Below, in pieces: positions 57,978 through 64,000 of a DNA stretch of 64,000 bases. The DNA comes from Thalia democratica (taxonomy: Eukaryota), in NCBI GenBank assembly GCA_965202585.1, contig OZ241830.1, positions 74,214,001 to 74,278,000 of the forward strand. The letters are read 5' to 3'. The notes under the pieces are model-generated. The model was not told where the DNA came from, did not search any database, and saw only the letters and a list, made by a program, of their open reading frames with translations. Numbering within the stretch: position 1 is the stretch's first letter; every line of letters begins with the position of its first letter. Position numbers and translations under genes: made by a program.

Positions 57978-60900
57978 AAAAACTTATCAGGGACAAAAAA
58001 ATTGCTTTGTTGGCCTGAATTATACCATAATTTAAAACCATTGAAGGTTCTAAGGAGCCTTTGTGTATGGAATTAACACAACTACCTACTAATAAACTGT
58101 CATTAAAATTCTTCAAACAACTTGTATACAAACTACAGCCATACTTGATCTAATTCAGCTTCACTGTATAAGCCGTTGCTCCTAGCTCGTTTAGCTACAA
58201 CTGAATTTGTTTCATGCATATCTGCTAAGATACAGTTTCATTTGCAGATATTTTTCTGATTAAACTACTAATTAGTTCCAGTTATAAAACGATTAAAGGC
58301 ACTTAATAATGCTCGGGAGTTTTATAAATTTATTATTGCTACACTTAAAAAATTAAGGGCTAGCCTGAGTTGCTGTTTTTAAAGTTATGTATTAAGTGCT
58401 AAAAATTAATTAAATGTTGTTAATCAAGCTCAACTAATTAAAAAAATCTAACACAAAAAAATTTATGAAGGAATATATAACTTTAAATGTTTATAAACTA
58501 GCATAAGATTACAAAAATATCAATTACAGCCAAAATGTTGTAGAAAAAACTTAAAAACTTGGCTTAAATAAATTTCCAACTGGCATGAGTTGGCCTGCAA
58601 TTTCTTTATCCTTTTTCTAAAGTTTGTTTTACGAGTATTTTCGCTTCATTAGAACTAAGCATAATAAATAATTTTATCAGGGACCAAAATGGTTTGAATG
58701 GTGGTTCTTTTTTTTTTGAATTACTCAATAGATATTTTTGGCATAAACGTAACAGAAGGTATCATAAAACTTTGATCTTCATAAACAATTTTATGATTGG
58801 AAACTTAACTTCAAAATTTAAATTTTCAATACTCAAAAATTTACAGAGGAATACTATAACTTTCCAATATAAAATATATCTTTTATGCACAATCAATAAT
58901 ATACAGAAACTATCTACATTAACTACTAAATAACCAAAATCTAAAAAAGTCTAGGCATAATTAAAATACCCATAACAAAGACTTATATTCATAAAATGAA
59001 ATAGAGTAAAACATACAAAAACATTGTATAAAATAAACCCACTATTTTTTAACTCTTGTACTTTTCCTACCAACTATTTATTCTTACAGACGGACTACTC
59101 TTGTCTGAATACTCGAGAAAAATTTATTTATATAATTCCTCGTGATTGATTACAAAAAATATAACACTTTATCTCCTTACTGATAATTAATAACTAGCAT
59201 TAAACTGTTTTTAATATTTTGAATAAGTTTTCGAAATGCAATCATGGACGAAAAGTTTTAATTAGGCATGCTTGTATTTAATTTTATCATACTGGTTAGT
59301 AAAAATTATGGTCATTTGACATTGATCTCATCAGTACTTTTGATAGCAGAGTTTAAATTCAAACACAAAATAATAATGAAAACTAAAATTTCAATTAAAG
59401 CAAAAATAAAACAATATTAAATAACTAATGAAAATTAATTATACCTTGGTATTTTGTTCAACAGCTTTTTTCTGTTTTATTTTTTGATAAATCCTATGTC
59501 ATAGTTTAAAATTAACCTCTCACAAATCTTCTGTTGAAAAATAAAAGTAATTATACATATCATTAGGTTTTTAAAATAAGTATCTACGCACAAGAAGTAG
59601 CTGCTGTCCAGATGATAGTTTACTTTCTATTTTTCTGTCTACTTGTGGCTTATACTGGTGTTTCACAAGGTGGGCAGAGTAGTTAAAAATATTACTTTTT
59701 ACATTTCAACTATATGACTCACAATAAATATACTGCCTACGACAAAGCAAAAATTAAACTCATTTATTTCCTGTGTTTTAATGAACTCAGCAATTATATC
59801 AAGAAACCTTTATTTTTTGTAAAATTGAATTATTTTTTTTTCTAAGTTTAGGGGCTCCTTTTCCAAAATGCGCATAAGAACTAAATGTATGAAGTGATTT
59901 TACTTTAAAAAAGCCTGAGTGACAAAAACTTATCAGAGTTGTATATAACTAGCATAATTTAAATAGTAAGAGCTAAAAATTAACAAAAAACCAATAGTTA
60001 ATATAGCTTAAATACCATAAAATACCACAATAATAATAAAGAAGACTCATGATTGCAAAAAAAACGTTTTTTGACAAAAAAAAACATGATATTTAGGAAC
60101 ATTTAATCAAGTAGTAAAAGCTTAGTAAAAAATACTCAAACAAGCGAGTTTTACAAAAAACCTTAATGGAAGTTTAAGCGCATTAGTTACATTAACTTAG
60201 TAATCAAACATTAATAAAAAAAAAACAATATTATGGTCATTACAAAATAGATTTTAATAATACCTTTCTTTAAATCTAACTTCTGCTATAATTGAAAAAT
60301 TATTATACAATTTATGTTATATTTCAAAACCATTATATATACATAAATAAAGTCATAAACTAACTAAAAAACTATAATTTTATTGCTAAATACAAATTTC
60401 TCAAATTTATACTTAAAATTAATATTTTGAAGGTAATTAAAAAAGTTGTATACTAAAGAAAACTAAAAAAGTTGATTATTATACCTAGACTTGTTTCAAT
60501 GGCACATGATCTTCAATAGAATATCCCAGATAAACTAAAAAAAAATGGAAAGTTTTTAATATTTATATTACCATTTTAGTTTTTGCATATTTTGAAAGGT
60601 AGAAACATTATAAATAGCAAAAACTTATCAAGGACAAAAATTTTAATATGTGCTTAGTTACCACTGTCAAAATAATTTTATTAAAAATCCTCTTTTTTTA
60701 ATTTCTTTTTGGATGCAAGTTAAGTTATTTGCTTGTTACTTTAAACTGATTAAAGATATACAATCAGAGAATAATTTAACTATAAATAATCTACATTTCT
60801 ACTCTTTGTAATTACAAACTTATTGTTGTATGATTGAAGTTATTATTTATATGTACGTTATAAAAATTAATGTTGCATAAAAAGTATACAGTTTATATAA

Positions 60901-63900
60901 CTTTAAAGTTATTAGTAGTAAATGTTTAAAAACTTGCTTGTAATTAATGTGAAGCTAAATCCTAAACATACTTTTATAGTTGAAACTTATATACTCATAT
61001 AACTAAACACTAGTTTTCATCAAAAATATGCTTTTATATAAGGGCATAGGGCAGAAGCTTTTTGTTACATGTTTATCTTATTTGAAAAATTTTTAACTAA
61101 ACTAGCAGTACCTTTTTTATTGTTCTGTAAAATTCAAAATAGTTTTTAAGATGAGAGGGTAAAAAGTCAGATATCTCAATAGGTTCCTTATGGAATAACA
61201 AAAAAAATATTTCGCGAAAAATCAAACTTCTCCCACAGATTTTAAGCAATCTTTCTGAAAATTATTCAGTTTAAGTCCATAGGGGGGTTTGGCATGTTTT
61301 TAAGTGTTAATCTTGATTTATAGAGTTGTTTCTAGACTTCATAAAGCTTTCTATCGTTTTAAAAAATTCGATAATTTTTTGAGATATGACCAGTCAAAGT
61401 CGGGCCGCATAACAGGTTCCCTATAGGAAGGGAAAACTAATACAGCGAAAAATATTATTTGATTTAAAATCTATCTCCTCCTACATTTTTCAAGCAATCT
61501 TCTTTAAACTTTTAAAGTCTAATCTTTATACAATAACAAAAAATAGTTACTTTGAACTTAAAAAAAATTTGTAAACATTTATTTTTGAAGTTTCATAAGT
61601 AATGTTTTTTTCTTTTAATATAAGGAACATTTCCTGAAAATTTGAAGAAGTTTGCTTCAAAAATGTAGGAGGAGATTGATTTTTAGTGATTTTTTAAATT
61701 TTCCAGAAATTTGATCTCGAAAAACTTGTGGTCCATACGTTTGTATCAGAAACTTTTACAAAAAATAAAATATCTCAAAAGTTAAATGATATATAAAAAC
61801 TGGCTGGCTTGTAGTTTGTATATAAAGCTTTCTTATAAAAGCCAAAGTGAATTTTTGTAAAAAAATGTGTTTTACCCCCCCTATGGCCTTAGTCTTAACT
61901 AAATAATAAATATTTCTATTCTGATTAAACCATTTCTTTATTAGGATTCTACTTACTTTAGAGTTTTTTCTAATAATGCAAAGAACATTTCCTGAAAATT
62001 TGAAGTTATTTGACCAAAATATGAGGGAGAAGATATATTTTTAGTTTATGCTAGTTATATACAACTCTGATAAGTTTTTATCACTCAGGTTTTTTTAAAG
62101 TAAAAACATTTAGTTCTTTTGTGCATTTTTGAAAAGAAGCCCCCAAACTTAAAAAAAGTTTTTATTTCAATTAATAAAAAAAAGATTGCTGGATATAATT
62201 GCAGAGTTCATAAAAAAACAGGAAATAAATAAGTTTAATTTTTGCTTTGTCGCAGGCAGTATATTTATTGTGAGTATATAATTGAAATGTAAAAAGTAAT
62301 ATTTTTAATTACTCTGTCCACCTTGTGAAACACTAGTTTAGCCACAAGTAGACAGATTAATAGAAAGTAAATTATTCATCTAAACAGCAGCTATTTCTTG
62401 TGCGTAGATACTTATTTTAAAAACCTAATGATATGTATAATTACTTTTATTTTTCAACACAATATTTGTAAGAGGTTTATTTTAAACTATGACATAGGAT
62501 TTATCAAAAAATAAATCAGAAAGAAGCTGTTGAATAAAATACCAAGGTATAATTAATTTTCATTATTTATTTAATATTGAGTTTTTTTGCTTTACTTGTA
62601 GTTTTAATTTTATAATTAATTTGTTTTTAAATTTAAACTCTGCTATCAAAAGTGCTGATGAGATCAATGTCAAATGACCATAGTTTTTACTAACTAAAAT
62701 GATAGAATTAAATACCAGCATGCCTAACTAAAACTTTTTCTCCTTAATTGCATTTATAAAACTAATTCAAAATATTAAAAACAGTATAATGCTAGTTATT
62801 AATTATCAGTAATGAGATAAAGTGTTATTTTCTAATAACTAATCACAAAGAATTATAAAAATAAAGATTTTTTTTGAGTATTCAGACAAGAGTAGTCCGT
62901 CTGTAAGAATAAATAGTTGGTAGGAAAAGTACAAGAGTTAAAAAATAGTGGATTTATTTTAAAAACGATTTTATATGTTTTACTCTATTTCATTTTATGA
63001 AAATAAGTCTTTGTTATGGGTATTTTAATTATGACTAGATACTTTTCGGCTTTGGCTATAAAGTAGTTAATGTAGATAGTTTCCATATACTAATGATTGT
63101 GCATAAAAGATATTTTTATATTGGAAAGTTATAGTATTCCTTTGTAAATTTTTGAGTATTGAAAATTTAAATTTTGAAGTTAAGTTTCCTTTCATAAAGT
63201 TATTTATGAAGTGCAAAGTTTTATGATGCCTTCTGTTACGTTTATGCCAAAAATATCTTTTGAGTAATTCAAAAAAAAGAACCACCATTCAAACCATTTT
63301 GGTCCCTGATAAAATTATTTATTATGCTTAGTTCTAATAAAGTGAAAATACTCGCAAAACAAACTTTAGAAAAAGGATAAAGAAATTGCAGGCCAACTGA
63401 TGCCCTTTAGAAATTTATTTAAGCCAAGTTTTTTAGTTTTTTTACTAAATTCAGGCTGTAATGGATATTTTTGTAATCTTATGCTAGTTTATAATTATTT
63501 AAAGTTATATTTTCCTCTACAAATCTTTTTGTGTTTGATTGTTTTAATTAATTGAGCTTGATTAACAACATTTTATTCATTTTTGGCACTATATAAGTTA
63601 AAAAAAGCAACTCTGGCTGGTCATTAATTTTACAGTGTTGCAATAAAAATTTATAAAACTCCCGAGCATTATTAAGTGTGTTTAATTGTTTTATAACTGG
63701 AACTAATTTTTAGTTTAATCACAACAATATCTGCAAATGAAACTGTATCTTAGCAGATATGCATAAAACAAATTCAGTTGTAGCCAAACTAGCTAGGAGA
63801 AATGGCTTATACAGTGAAGCTGATTTAGTTCAAGTATGGCTGTAGTTTGTATGCAAGTTGTTTGAAGAAATTTAATGACATTATATTAGTAGGTAGTTGT

Positions 63901-64000
63901 GTTAATCCCATACACTCAGGCTCCTTAGATAACCTATGATGGTTTAAAATTTTGGAAAAATTCAGGCCAACAAAGCAATTTTTTTGTCTCTGATAAGTTT
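57978..64000. mobile_element. ~2-kb inverted repeat pair (arms ~57978-59956 and ~62047-64000, ~2.1-kb spacer); foldback-like element or inverted duplication
   Basis: Collinear reverse-complement match over the whole arm, with high identity in spot checks by eye; the mirror ORFs 58694-58933 and 63067-63288 are one example. Extra direct copies of arm modules at ~57670-57890 and ~60525-60640. Confidence 0.85.
61275..61888. mobile_element. TTAA-type palindromic MITE, copy 2, nested among fragments of the same family (~61160-61260, ~61980-62040)
   Basis: ttaa|gtccatagggggg ... cccccctatggcc|ttag; shares gaccagtcaaagtcgg, aggaacatttcctgaaaatttga and ttttagtga with 1719-2364. Confidence 0.7.

Noticed and set aside
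60685-60722. cctctttttttaatttctttttggatgc as the missing MTMR9 PVFLLFLD exon
   Set aside because: Translates PLFLISFWMQ, has no acceptor AG upstream, and the frame does not match.
58694-63288. Near-identical ORFs 58694-58933 (+) and 63067-63288 (-)
   Set aside because: Mirror images within the inverted repeat; TTG starts, AT-rich, no recognisable motif.

Overview
Very AT-rich, intron-rich animal genomic DNA; the species cannot be determined from sequence alone. I reconstructed seven protein-coding loci by hand from splice sites and reading-frame phase. (1) The first two exons of NUP85 (- strand, runs off the left edge). (2) An 8-exon orphan gene for a secreted Ig + Cys-rich/EGF-like + FN3-like protein (-, ~7.8-10.8 kb). 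(3) A BTB-less BACK-kelch gene with two -1 frameshifts (+, 19.1-20.5 kb). (4) A complete 18-exon F-spondin-like gene (-, 23.2-35.3 kb; Reeler + Spondin_N + 7 TSR + basic tail). (5) An intronless 475-aa coiled-coil ORF with 21-aa repeats (-). (6) The first 11 exons of MTMR9 (+, from 47054, apparently continuing past the window). (7) An intronless RBM7 (-), apparently nested antisense in an MTMR9 intron. Non-coding DNA holds hAT and TTAA-type MITEs, a dispersed SINE-like element with conserved stems, a ~2-kb inverted repeat pair, a perfect 96-bp palindrome, and remnants of Penelope-like retroelements. These remnants include one hammerhead ribozyme with an intact catalytic core (13425-13478) and several degenerate copies. 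The most interesting signals are the hammerheads, a duplicated spondin exon pair differing only at synonymous sites (a candidate mutually exclusive exon pair), and repeated tandem duplication of exon-intron boundaries in three genes. No rRNA, tRNA gene or CRISPR array was recognised.
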